Source of the DNA: Fonticula alba ATCC 38817 | Lineage: Eukaryota; Protista; Nucleariida | Reading direction: 5' to 3' (one strand) | Assembly: GCA_000388065.2 (NCBI GenBank) | Contig: KB932206.1 | Length of the DNA: 9,254 bases | Shown: in pieces, positions 1 through 8,440 of the stretch | Position numbering within the stretch: position 1 is the first letter of the stretch | How the letters are laid out: the number at the start of each line of letters is the position of its first letter | Notes under the pieces: generated by a model | Told to the model about the DNA's origin: nothing | The model's database searches: none | What the model saw: the letters and a program-made list of their open reading frames with translations, nothing else | Program-made: the position numbers and the translations under genes

Positions 1-14
1 GGGACCGGGGCCAA

Positions 15-37
15 GGGGGGGGGGGGGGGGGGGGGGG
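15..37. repeat. G23 homopolymer
   Basis: Read directly. Confidence 0.95.
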
Positions 38-686
38 CACCGAACTCCGAGGGCGATCTACGGCAGACATATGCCCAGCCAAAGCATGCAACCTGCCCCA
101 TGCACAGGGTGAGGCATGTCAGTGATGGACGTTCAGAGCAGTGGGAACAGTGGACCGGTTTCCTGTGCCTGTGTCCGGAGGCATGGTCGATCATCGGGGT
201 CAGGTAACTGGTCTCCCAGCAATCGGGGACGATCCCCGGGGCTTTCTCTGCCTCGAGCCCCTCCCCTCCCCCCACCCCCGCTGACCCGGGAGGTTGTGCC
301 CCCTCCCCCGCATGCCCCCCCCCCCCGCCCCCGCACCCCACTTGTGGTAGGAGGGGCCCCCTGCTCCTGGTGGACACCGCACATATGAGGGCCGCCACCA
401 AGGTGCTCGCCGCCCAGCCGCTTCCCCCCTCCCGCTCACGCGCGTCCATCTCCCTCCCTGCTCTCTGCACTGTCCCACCCTCCTGTCCATCCTCCCCCCC
501 TCCCACGCACGCACTCCCGGGTGTCGGACCACCGCCTCCGCCCCGCTCCTTCTCGCCGCCCCGCGGCATCCCTCCACCTCCTCCTGCTTCCCCCTCCTCC
601 TGCTCCTCCGCCCCCCCCCCCCTTCCTCCTTCCTCCTCCCCCCCTTTGCCCTTCGCTCCCATACGACACCCAAGCTTCCACCGATC

Positions 687-929
687 ATGCCTGTCCGCTC
701 GGCCCCCAGCCTCGTCCGCGCGATGGCCCTCCCCCAGGTGACCCTGGAGGACATGAGCCTCGTCGCCGATGGGTCTGCCTTGTCGGAGATGATCTACTCG
801 CTCGACTACCCTGCTGCCACCCCCTCGCCGCGCCCGTCCGCCGTGAACTCGCGCAAGTTCTGCGGCTACGAGGGCGAGCGCACCCTCGACAAAATTGTCT
901 GGTTTTTGGACATCCTGGACAGCTCCTCG
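687..929 (+). CDS. Gene 1 exon 1: N-terminus of an Asteroid/ASTE1-like (XPG/FEN1-type PIN fold) protein
   Basis: ATG at 687. MPVRSAPSLVR...VTLEDMSLVADGSAL resembles the Asteroid/XPG-N start pattern (MG-I/V-R-G-L...L-x-D-x-x-hhh-DG-x-AL, recalled). Ends in ...FLDILDSSS at a phase-0 GTATGT donor (930). Confidence 0.75.
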
Positions 930-1105
930 GTATGTCTTCAATGTGCCTCTCCCCTGCCCCCCTCCCCCTCCGCTGGCATACTGTTTGCTTGATGCCCTCG
1001 CCGCTGCTCGCTCAAAGGCCCCCCCCCCCTTGTTGACCCCCCTCTTTCGCTGCCTCCGTCGCCCGGTCGCCGTCGACGCGCGCATGCGATCGCGCATCCG
1101 CACAG
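930..1105 (+). other. Spliceosomal intron 1 of gene 1 (176 nt)
   Basis: GTATGT...CACAG, C-rich, with an in-frame stop at 990-992. Confidence 0.8.
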
Positions 1106-1368
1106 ATCAAGCTCACCCTGGTGTTTGATGGCCCGAAGACCTCCTTCTTCACGCAGAACTCCGGCCCCTCGCAGACCAGCCGCCGGGTGCAGCGCATCTC
1201 CGACGGCATCGAGTACCTGGCCTCCCGGCGCTCGGTCTACCTGAAGCAGTTCAAGTCCGGCCGGCGCTTCAGCGCGTCGGTCCTTTCTCGTGATGCCCTT
1301 GGCGATCTCATCTCCGCCGAGGACTCCAATGATGTCATCATCTCCGATGAGAGTTTCTACGAGCAATG
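1106..1368 (+). CDS. Gene 1 exon 2 (PIN-like domain, LTLVFDG motif)
   Basis: CACAG acceptor ends at 1105. Reads IKLTLVFDGPKTSFF...SFYEQ; hhhFDG is the second conserved PIN/XPG acidic motif. Ends at a phase-2 GTCCGT donor (1369). Codons are mostly C/G-ending. Confidence 0.8.
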
Positions 1369-1486
1369 GTCCGTCCCCCCCCCCCCTGACCCTCGTCGGC
1401 ACCCGTGCCTCGCCTCCTCCCCGCTCGTGCCCCTTCCCATTGATGGCTCACATGGTCCCTCCCCCCCCCCTCCCCCCGGCCCATAG
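1369..1486 (+). other. Spliceosomal intron 2 of gene 1 (118 nt)
   Basis: GTCCGT...CTCAC...CATAG with poly-C runs. Confidence 0.8.
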
Positions 1487-1630
1487 CTCTCGCACCCCCT
1501 TCCTCTTCACCACGGAAATGCTTCGCAATGAGGCCGGCTCGCGTGGCCACCGAATCATCACCTGCCCCACCGGCCGGACTGCCTCCTACTCCATTGGCAT
1601 CGCCACAAAGGCCGGCGTGCCGCTGCTCGG
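1487..1630 (+). CDS. Gene 1 exon 3 (XPG-I-like segment)
   Basis: CATAG acceptor ends at 1486, with a CTCAC branch-like site near 1447. Phase 2 matches exon 2 (TG+C = Cys). Reads SRTPFLFTTEMLRNEAG...IATKAGVPLLG. The phase-2 GTTCGC donor at 1631 matches the phase of exon 4. Confidence 0.7.
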
Positions 1631-1719
1631 GTTCGCGCCACCCACCCACCTTGCTTCCCCGCCCCCGCCCCCCGCCCTCGCCCCCCTCTTGCTGACGCTG
1701 CCCCCTCTGCCCATCCCAG
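1631..1719 (+). other. Spliceosomal intron 3 of gene 1 (89 nt)
   Basis: GTTCGC...GCTGAC...CCCAG. Needed to join frame 0 to frame 2. Further in-frame AGs lie at 1728 and 1743. Confidence 0.65.
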
Positions 1720-3313
1720 CCTCTCCAGCGACTTTTTCTTCAGCCAATATGGTTGCTTCACCGACGTCACGGTGACCACATCTCCCACGGATGGCACGCA
1801 TTCCCTGGCCGGAGCCTTCGTGTCACGGTCCATCGTGGCCGACTTCCTGAAGCTCCCTTGCGAGTCGCTGACGCTCCTGCTCTTTGGCCTGCTCGGCACC
1901 GGGAACATGACGCGCAGCCAGGTGGCCGACATCCGCCGGCTGACCGGCCTGGTGGACTTCATGCCCGTCGTCGAGACAACCAACAATGAGGAAGTTTCCC
2001 AGCCCCTGGCTCCTTCCACCCTGCGAGCCTTCCTCGGCCGCCTGCCCGGGGCCGGGATCACCACCTTCGAGTTGGCCCTGCTGCGTCTGGCCACCGGCCG
2101 TCCGCTGGCCCTGCCCCATGGCGCCGACACCGAGGCCCACTTTGCCGGGAACTATGCCCTGCACTTTGGCACGGCCAACCCCGACACCGCGCGCATCGTG
2201 GCCCGGTCCCTCTTCAAGCTGGCGGCCTCCTTCTGCCCGGGGCTGGCCCCGTCGCCGGAGCTGGCCGGCGCTTTGCACCTGGATGCCGGGCAATTCCCCA
2301 TCACCGTGGTCGGCGGGCATTGCTACCATGCCGGCCTGCCGGACCTGGTGGCTCGGTACCTGTGGATTCACCCCATTTTCCAGTCCCTCAGCCAGGCGGA
2401 GCGCGATGAGCTGATCGTGGCCCAGCCCTCGGGGCCGGACTCCGGCTCGGGGGCCCCCAGCGCCGCCGGTCCCCCGGCCGCCATGACGGCCTCCAGCAAG
2501 CTGGTCACCATCATCGAGTCGCTCCTGAGCCCGCAGGCCGTGGCCCTCGAGGCCGCCGACGATGGGCCCTCCTCCGCCGGGGGCGGCATGGCCCATATCA
2601 CCATGGCCGGGGCTTCGCCGCACCTGGTGGCCACCATTTGCGAGATCCTCACCTGGTCTTTGCCGGTGAATGCCGACGGCGAGGTTGTCCTGCCGGCCTT
2701 GTTCGAAACCTCCCTCGTTCCCTCCGGCTGGAAGATGACCCAGCTCACCCGGTCCATTGCGTATGATACGCTGAATGGCCCGGCCTCCGCCCCGCCGGCC
2801 GGCGCCACCGGGCCGGTCAGTGCGGCCGATGCCGCCGCCCTGGCAGCGGTCCCTCCCTCGTCCGAGACCTCCCCCCGGATGCTGGTGGAGCTGATCCGCG
2901 TGGACGCCAGTGCCCGGCCGGGGGAGTTGGTCCTGCCACATCCGGTCCCCCCCTCGCCGGTGGCCACCGCGGTCAGCACCCCCTCCGGCTCGCCGTCGCC
3001 CTTCCTCTCGCACCAACAGCATTCCGCCTGGGCCGGCAGCGGTGCCAACATGGCCGGGGCTTTTGCTGCCCACCTGCAGCAGCGTGACGCCCGGCCGGTG
3101 GACCGGTTCTGGGCGGCCCTTTCCGAGCTCGGGGTCCTGGCCGATGGGTGCACTGAGTCGTTGGCTGCCCTGCGCTTCTTCCGCCCGGATGGCGGGGACT
3201 TCCGCTTCTTCGCCGACGAGGCCGAGTCCTCGCCCTCCTGCGTGGCCTACTCTTCGACTCAGATTTCCGCGGCCCCCGCCTCGTGTGGCAGCGTCGTCAT
3301 GATGTCGCACCAG

Positions 3314-3347
<34 letters not shown>

Positions 3348-4793
3348 CCTCCTCGGCGCCGCGCTCCTCTTCGATGGCGGCGGCGGCGGCGGCGGCCACG
3401 GCCCCCCTGGCTTCGGGCCTTCCGGCGGCGGCCCACCTGATGACCATGGCCCCGGAGGCCCTTCCCCGGACCCTGTACGCGGTGCAGTCGGGCCTGGTGC
3501 CGGACACGGCGCCGGGCTTTGCCTCGCCGGCCGAGCAGGCCTCCGACGCCCTTGGCGCCGGGATTTCCGAGCCGGCGGCCCCTCGCCTTGCCACCTCGCT
3601 CGGCATCACCACCGGCACCCCGAGCGCCGGGGTCGAGGCTGTCCTGAGTGATGATGACTTTGACACCGGCAGTGCCGGGGCCAGTGTCGACTCGCTGGTG
3701 GCGGCTTTCGGCGGCGGTGGGCCGCTGGTCCGGTCGCCTTCCAGCTCCTCGTCCGACTCGATCGAGCCCATGGACTCTCCTTTGGCCGTTCTCCGGTCGC
3801 TGTCCCTCTCCATGAGTGACCTTTGCCCGGATGCCGAGGGGAACATGACCGCCGCTTCGGCCGCCCTGCTGGCCGCCGGCAGTGCCTTTGCCTTTTCGCC
3901 GGCCGAGACCATCCTCGATGGCATGCCCGGTGTCACCACCATCGATGGGGCCTCCTCTTCGGCCCCGGCCACGGCCCCGAGTGTGGCCGTCACTCCGACC
4001 GTGGACATTGTGGTGGCCGTCGACTCGGCGGATGACGGCCCGGCCCCGGCTCCGGCCCCGGCCCCGGCTCCGGCCCCGGAGCAGCGGCGCCTCTCGCGCC
4101 TGGACTCGGCCCAGCAGGCCGGCTTTGCCACCTTCCTCCTGTCGCCGCAGATGCTGTCCTCGCGTGGGCGCTCGCGCTCGCGCAGCCCCTCGCGCGATCG
4201 GGCCGGCAACCTCGCCGATGGCCACCTCATCCTGGCCAGCCCGCGCCTTGGGGCCTGTGACTTCCTCCAAGATCCGGTCACCTTGCGGCTGATGGTCGGT
4301 CTCATCCGCAGCACGCTGACCTCCTTCCGGGACAACCAGGCCCTCTACGACCAGGTGACTCCGCACGACTACCGCACCGGGTCGAAGCTGTCCCTCTCGG
4401 GCCCGGCGAATTTCTCGCGCGGCGCCTCGACCGTGTCGCTGACCGCCACGCCGGCCGGCGGCCATGCCATCGGGTCTGCCCTGCTGCAGCAGCCGCCCGC
4501 GCATCACCAGCATTCGGCTGATGGGGGGTTCGCGTCGAACTTCTCCTCGCCGGGGCTCGTGACCGCTCCCTGCTCGGGGCCCGGGTCGGCGGCGGCCTCT
4601 CCGTCGGCCGGGCTTGCTGGCGGGGACCTGGCAGCCGGCACTACCGGCGCCGGGGGTGCTGCCATGGCTTCTCCCCGGACCGCCGGCGCCGGCGCCGCCG
4701 GGGGCCCGAACTTCGGTACCTCCTCCTGGGTGGCCCAGATCCTGCTCCTGGTGGCGGCTCTCTGCCCGCTGGATGACTCGTCGGAGGATTTCG
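1720..4793 (+). CDS. Gene 1 exon 4: end of PIN-like domain, H3TH-like region and long low-complexity Ser/Ala/Pro/Gly insertion
   Basis: CTGAC branch at 1692-1696 and first downstream CAG ending at 1719. Reads LSSDFFFSQYGCFTDV..., in frame with the 1252-aa ORF 1772-5530. Strong GC3 bias. Ends at a phase-1 GTACGT donor (4794). Confidence 0.85.
3317..3346 (+). repeat. (CAG)10 encoding polyglutamine
   Basis: Ten uninterrupted CAG codons in frame. Confidence 0.97.
3377..3397 (+). repeat. (GCG)6GCC encoding Ala7
   Basis: Read directly from the sequence, in frame. Confidence 0.95.
4040..4078 (+). repeat. (CCGGCY)n hexamer repeat encoding (PA)6P
   Basis: ccg gcc ccg gct ccg gcc ... in frame. Confidence 0.95.
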
Positions 4794-4976
4794 GTACGTC
4801 TCTTGCCAGGCATGCGCGTGTGCGCCCCCCTCCTCCCGAAGGGGGGGGGGGGGAGGGCCCTTTCCCCGCCTTCTCTCCTTTGTTTGTCTTCTCACACGCG
4901 CATGTTCCCCCCTCCCCCTTCCCCGGGTCCCCCTTCCACCTGCCTGCTTCTTTTCGGGTCCCTCGGGTTTTCACAG
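4794..4976 (+). other. Spliceosomal intron 4 of gene 1 (183 nt, 3n, no stop)
   Basis: GTACGT...TTTTCACAG, with a long G run and C/T tracts. Codon bias collapses here within the ORF. Confidence 0.8.
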
Positions 4977-5530
4977 AGACCGGTGTTCTCATGGTGGATG
5001 TGCGCGATACGCTGCTGTTTTCCCTGCTCCAGGCCCAGCTCTTCTCCATCCGCATGCTGGCCTCGTCGCTGTGTGTCCCGACCCCCGGGCGGTGGGTCAG
5101 CCTGGAGTCCGGCCGGCCGGTGCTCATGTCCAGCTCCGGCCAGCCGGCCTACGGGCCTGGCGACAGCCCGACCGATGCCGATCGCATCATGATGGCCTTC
5201 TCGTCGATCTACTCGTCGATCAGCTTCCGTCGCTTCTGCCGGGCCCGGATCCTGATTGAGCGCAATCAGGATGTCTTCCTCAAGAAGGCCGGCCAGATGC
5301 TGATGTCGGCCCTGATCGACTCGGTCCGCGAGACAGCCACCGCCACGTCCAGCGGCTGCGGCAGCAGCCTCAACTGCAGCCCCTTCATCTCCTCCTCGAC
5401 GGGGGCCGCCAGCGGGCCGGCCGACTCGGCCCTGCCCCAGCAGCACCATGGGTCGGCCACCGCCGGGGCCACTGCATGCGCCTCCATGCGCCTGCCGCGT
5501 CCCCTGTCGGCCGTCGCCGAGTGCGATTGA
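4977..5530 (+). CDS. Gene 1 exon 5: Asteroid-like C-terminal helical region, stop TGA at 5528-5530
   Basis: TTTTCACAG acceptor ends at 4976; phase 1 restores Glu (G+AG). VDVRDTLLFSLLQAQLFSIRMLASSLCVPTP resembles the C-terminal D-h-x-x-x-H-x-F-x-Q-x-Q...LN-x-LL-x-x-P motif of ASTE1/FAM120-type proteins (recalled). The exact 3' end is slightly uncertain. Confidence 0.75.
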
Positions 5531-6385
5531 AAGGTCCTCTCCGCCGTCGCCCGCGTCGCCACTGCCGGCCGCCCCCCCCCCCCCCCCCCGTCCCTCTCAC
5601 TTGCTGTGCCAGGGAAGAGGGATGTGCTGCGAAAAGGGGGCAGACTCATGCCGGCGAGGGCGCGCGCGTGTGTCGCCTTCCCATGTGCAAGACAGCGCTG
5701 ACCCAATCGGCTGTGCCACCCCCCCCCCCCCCCCCTATATCATATCCAGCACAGCACTCTTTCCTCCGCCTTTCCCTTGTCCTTGTTCCCCCCTCCCTCC
5801 CTCCCCCCGTCATTCCTCGTTTGTCTTCTCGCGTGCGCTCGGCCGGTCCGACACGGCGACGGCTGCGTGCGCACTTGCCCCTTCCCCCTCTTGTCCCACA
5901 GTCGCGTGTGAAGAAACCCCCCCCCCCCGCACACGTGTGCGTCCCTCAGATTGCGAATACATTTGGCATATCCACACACAGATCTTTCCCCGTGTCTCCC
6001 TCGCTTCTTTTCTCGCCCCGCCCCTGCCTCCCCTCCCGACGCGCCGGGCATGCGTCGGCTCAGGGGGGGCGGGGGAGAAGCGGGAACCCATCGTGGGGCG
6101 CAAGTGATACCCGAAAGTGGCGGCGCGCATGGCGCCCGGCTCCCCGGCCGGTGTGTTCTCTTGGCCCAATCCAACGGCCCGGGCAGAGGAGGGGGGCAAG
6201 GGGGAACACACACTCAGAAGGCGGGGAGGGGCGCCCGGGCGCGGCTCGACTCGCCAATCGCACACGTGAGTGGATCCCGTGGCGCGATCTAGTATGTCAG
6301 AATGCATGAACCACCTGCGCGGCTTTGAAAGGGGCAGGCTTCAGAGCACGGAAGGGGCAGTGCCGGGCGGGCCGAGGAAAGTCTG

Positions 6386-6387
<2 letters not shown>

Positions 6388-6417
<30 letters not shown>
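6388..6417. repeat. (TG)15 microsatellite
   Basis: Read directly; followed by CACACAC (6418-6424). Confidence 0.97.
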
Positions 6418-6418
<1 letters not shown>

Positions 6419-6610
6419 ACACACCCGACCCATGCCTCCGCGGCGGGCGCACCAAGAGGCGGTCCACTTGCCAGCCGGCTCATCCGGAGGAGGTAGCCAG
6501 AGTTACGCTGGGGCTTCGGCCGGCCTCCGCCCGCCCAGATTGTTATTGTTTCTCCCGCAAACGCGCGTCCGGTGGGTGTTCCCGCTTGGCCCCCCGCCCC
6601 CGCGGCGCAG

Positions 6611-6666
6611 GCAGGTGTCAACACCGACGACCGGCTGAGTGCCCTAGTGGGAGTCCTCAGAACCAG
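6611..6666 (+). CDS. Candidate upstream exon of gene 2 (AGVNTDDRLSALVGVLRT)
   Basis: CGCAG/GCAG acceptors (6610/6614) and a strong GTACGT donor at 6667. The peptide could be the first helix of a RUN domain. The start codon and the link across the gap cannot be resolved. Confidence 0.4.
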
Positions 6667-7011
6667 GTACGTGTTTGGAGACCGGGGGCAGGGACGAGGG
6701 GGGGGGGGGGGGGAGGGGCATAGCGAAAGGGGCCGAGATCGTGTACGTTGGGCGATCTCGATCCGCCCCGGGCGGCGTCCCCCTGCCACACCTCATCCCC
6801 CCAGGGAGGGGGGGGGGGCGGCGGCGTGCGCGCGTTGGCCTTGCCTTGGTCAAGGGCGGCGCCCGTCCCCGCGGCCCCCTCCATCCCCCTATCCGACTGC
6901 CTCTCGGCGTGTCCCCTCGGAGTGTGGTGCCCAGCTGGTAGGCGGCCCCTTGTCAGATCCGGACTGGAGGTGCACCTACGGCTGCCCCATCCCCTTGCGC
7001 GGCCCCTGTGC

Positions 7012-7912
7012 NNNNNNNNNNNNNNNNNNNNNNNNNNNNNNNNNNNNNNNNNNNNNNNNNNNNNNNNNNNNNNNNNNNNNNNNNNNNNNNNNNNNNNNNN
7101 NNNNNNNNNNNNNNNNNNNNNNNNNNNNNNNNNNNNNNNNNNNNNNNNNNNNNNNNNNNNNNNNNNNNNNNNNNNNNNNNNNNNNNNNNNNNNNNNNNNN
7201 NNNNNNNNNNNNNNNNNNNNNNNNNNNNNNNNNNNNNNNNNNNNNNNNNNNNNNNNNNNNNNNNNNNNNNNNNNNNNNNNNNNNNNNNNNNNNNNNNNNN
7301 NNNNNNNNNNNNNNNNNNNNNNNNNNNNNNNNNNNNNNNNNNNNNNNNNNNNNNNNNNNNNNNNNNNNNNNNNNNNNNNNNNNNNNNNNNNNNNNNNNNN
7401 NNNNNNNNNNNNNNNNNNNNNNNNNNNNNNNNNNNNNNNNNNNNNNNNNNNNNNNNNNNNNNNNNNNNNNNNNNNNNNNNNNNNNNNNNNNNNNNNNNNN
7501 NNNNNNNNNNNNNNNNNNNNNNNNNNNNNNNNNNNNNNNNNNNNNNNNNNNNNNNNNNNNNNNNNNNNNNNNNNNNNNNNNNNNNNNNNNNNNNNNNNNN
7601 NNNNNNNNNNNNNNNNNNNNNNNNNNNNNNNNNNNNNNNNNNNNNNNNNNNNNNNNNNNNNNNNNNNNNNNNNNNNNNNNNNNNNNNNNNNNNNNNNNNN
7701 NNNNNNNNNNNNNNNNNNNNNNNNNNNNNNNNNNNNNNNNNNNNNNNNNNNNNNNNNNNNNNNNNNNNNNNNNNNNNNNNNNNNNNNNNNNNNNNNNNNN
7801 NNNNNNNNNNNNNNNNNNNNNNNNNNNNNNNNNNNNNNNNNNNNNNNNNNNNNNNNNNNNNNNNNNNNNNNNNNNNNNNNNNNNNNNNNNNNNNNNNNNN
7901 NNNNNNNNNNNN
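7012..7912. other. Assembly gap, 901 N, inside gene 2
   Basis: Run of N; the right flank is a C19 homopolymer (7913-7931). Confidence 1.
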
Positions 7913-7943
7913 CCCCCCCCCCCCCCCCCCCGGATGCGCACAG

Positions 7944-8072
7944 CTCATGCCGGTGGCCTCCGCCACCCTGGACCAAGTGTGGAGCCTGCCCGACATCAAA
8001 ACCGGCCGTGGTCGTGGCCGGGCCCTGATCAAGTTCTTCCTGATGGAGGGCCAGCTGGATGCGTACATTCTG
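7944..8072 (+). CDS. Gene 2 exon: RUN domain core
   Basis: CACAG acceptor ends at 7943. LDQVWSLPDIKTGRGRGRALIKFFLMEGQLDAYIL fits the RUN motif V-x-x-L-x-x-h-x-T-x-x-G-R/K-G-R-A-h-h-R/K-x-x-L-M-E-x-x-L-x-x-Y-h. Ends at a phase-0 GTGCGC donor (8073). Confidence 0.8.
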
Positions 8073-8146
8073 GTGCGCACCACTCCTGCCCTCGCCCCTG
8101 TCTTTTGTCACTCGTCCTGACGGCTAACTTGTGCCCGGTGCCACAG

Positions 8147-8175
8147 ACGCTCCTTCGCGACCAGAACTACTGCAG
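8147..8175 (+). CDS. Gene 2 29-nt micro-exon, copy A (TLLRDQNYC-S)
   Basis: CTAAC branch at 8124-8128, CACAG acceptor ending at 8146, GTACAT donor at 8176. Phase 0 in and phase 2 out links the flanking RUN exons. Confidence 0.75.
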
Positions 8176-8288
8176 GTACATGCGGCCCACTCGGCCTGTG
8201 CTTCCCCCCCATCTCCCTCTCGCTTTCGGTTTCCTTTTGCCGGTTTCCACCGCTTGTCCTGACGGCTAACTTGTGCCCGGTGCCACAG

Positions 8289-8317
8289 ACGCTCCTTCGC
8301 GACCAGAACTACTGCAG
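8289..8317 (+). CDS. Gene 2 29-nt micro-exon, copy B (identical to copy A)
   Basis: CTAAC at 8266-8270, CACAG ending at 8288, GTACAT at 8318. Exact copy at +142. Confidence 0.6.
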
Positions 8318-8440
8318 GTACATGCGGCCCACTCGGCCTGTGCTTCCCCCCCATCTCCCTCTCGCTTTCGGTTTCCTTTTGCCGGTTTCCACCGCTTGGC
8401 CTCCCTCGCGCTGACACCATATCCACCGGGCATGCTGCAG

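Larger units (their letters stand above)
8115..8398. repeat. Perfect direct tandem duplication, 2 x 142 bp (8115-8256, 8257-8398)
   Basis: Base-by-base identical, including the C7 run. A shared G lies at 8114/8256/8398; bases mismatch at 8113 vs 8255 and 8257 vs 8399. Confidence 0.97.

Noticed and set aside
116-1036. Pro-rich and Gly-rich ORFs at the left end (116-388, 200-754, 370-741, 521-1036)
   Set aside because: Translations of C/G homopolymer-rich non-coding DNA, with no codon bias or motifs. ATG 687 already matches the expected family N-terminus.
1484-1486. The TAG acceptor of intron 2 is also the in-frame stop if the intron is retained
   Set aside because: Expected by chance for a TAG acceptor in that phase; there is no evidence of function.
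1823-4813. 996-aa antisense ORF (plus nested antisense ORFs of 358 and 261 aa)
   Set aside because: It lies codon-aligned opposite the strongly GC3-biased gene 1 exon. Scarce sense-strand TCA/TTA/CTA codons in this register remove antisense stops. The product is Gly/Arg-rich with no recognisable motif.
5448-6723. Spacer ORFs (5476-6309, 5448-6107, 6270-6638 and reverse-strand ones), including a CVCVCVC stretch
   Set aside because: Low-complexity, no motif, codon usage unlike the real exons. The CV repeat is just the (TG)15 microsatellite.
6944-6971. Possible 13-nt exon TGTCAG|ATCCGGACTGGAG|GTGCAC (6959-6971) before the gap
   Set aside because: Weak donor, no convincing peptide, and it cannot be checked because the adjacent sequence is missing.
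6572-8269. Long ORFs spanning the N run (565, 484, 426, 376, 370 and 321 aa)
   Set aside because: Artefacts of translating N as X; their lengths are meaningless.
8115-8398. Interpreting the 142-bp repeat as a CRISPR array or transposon/LTR
   Set aside because: Only two abutting units, no spacers, no target-site duplication or inverted termini. The content is host exon and intron sequence.
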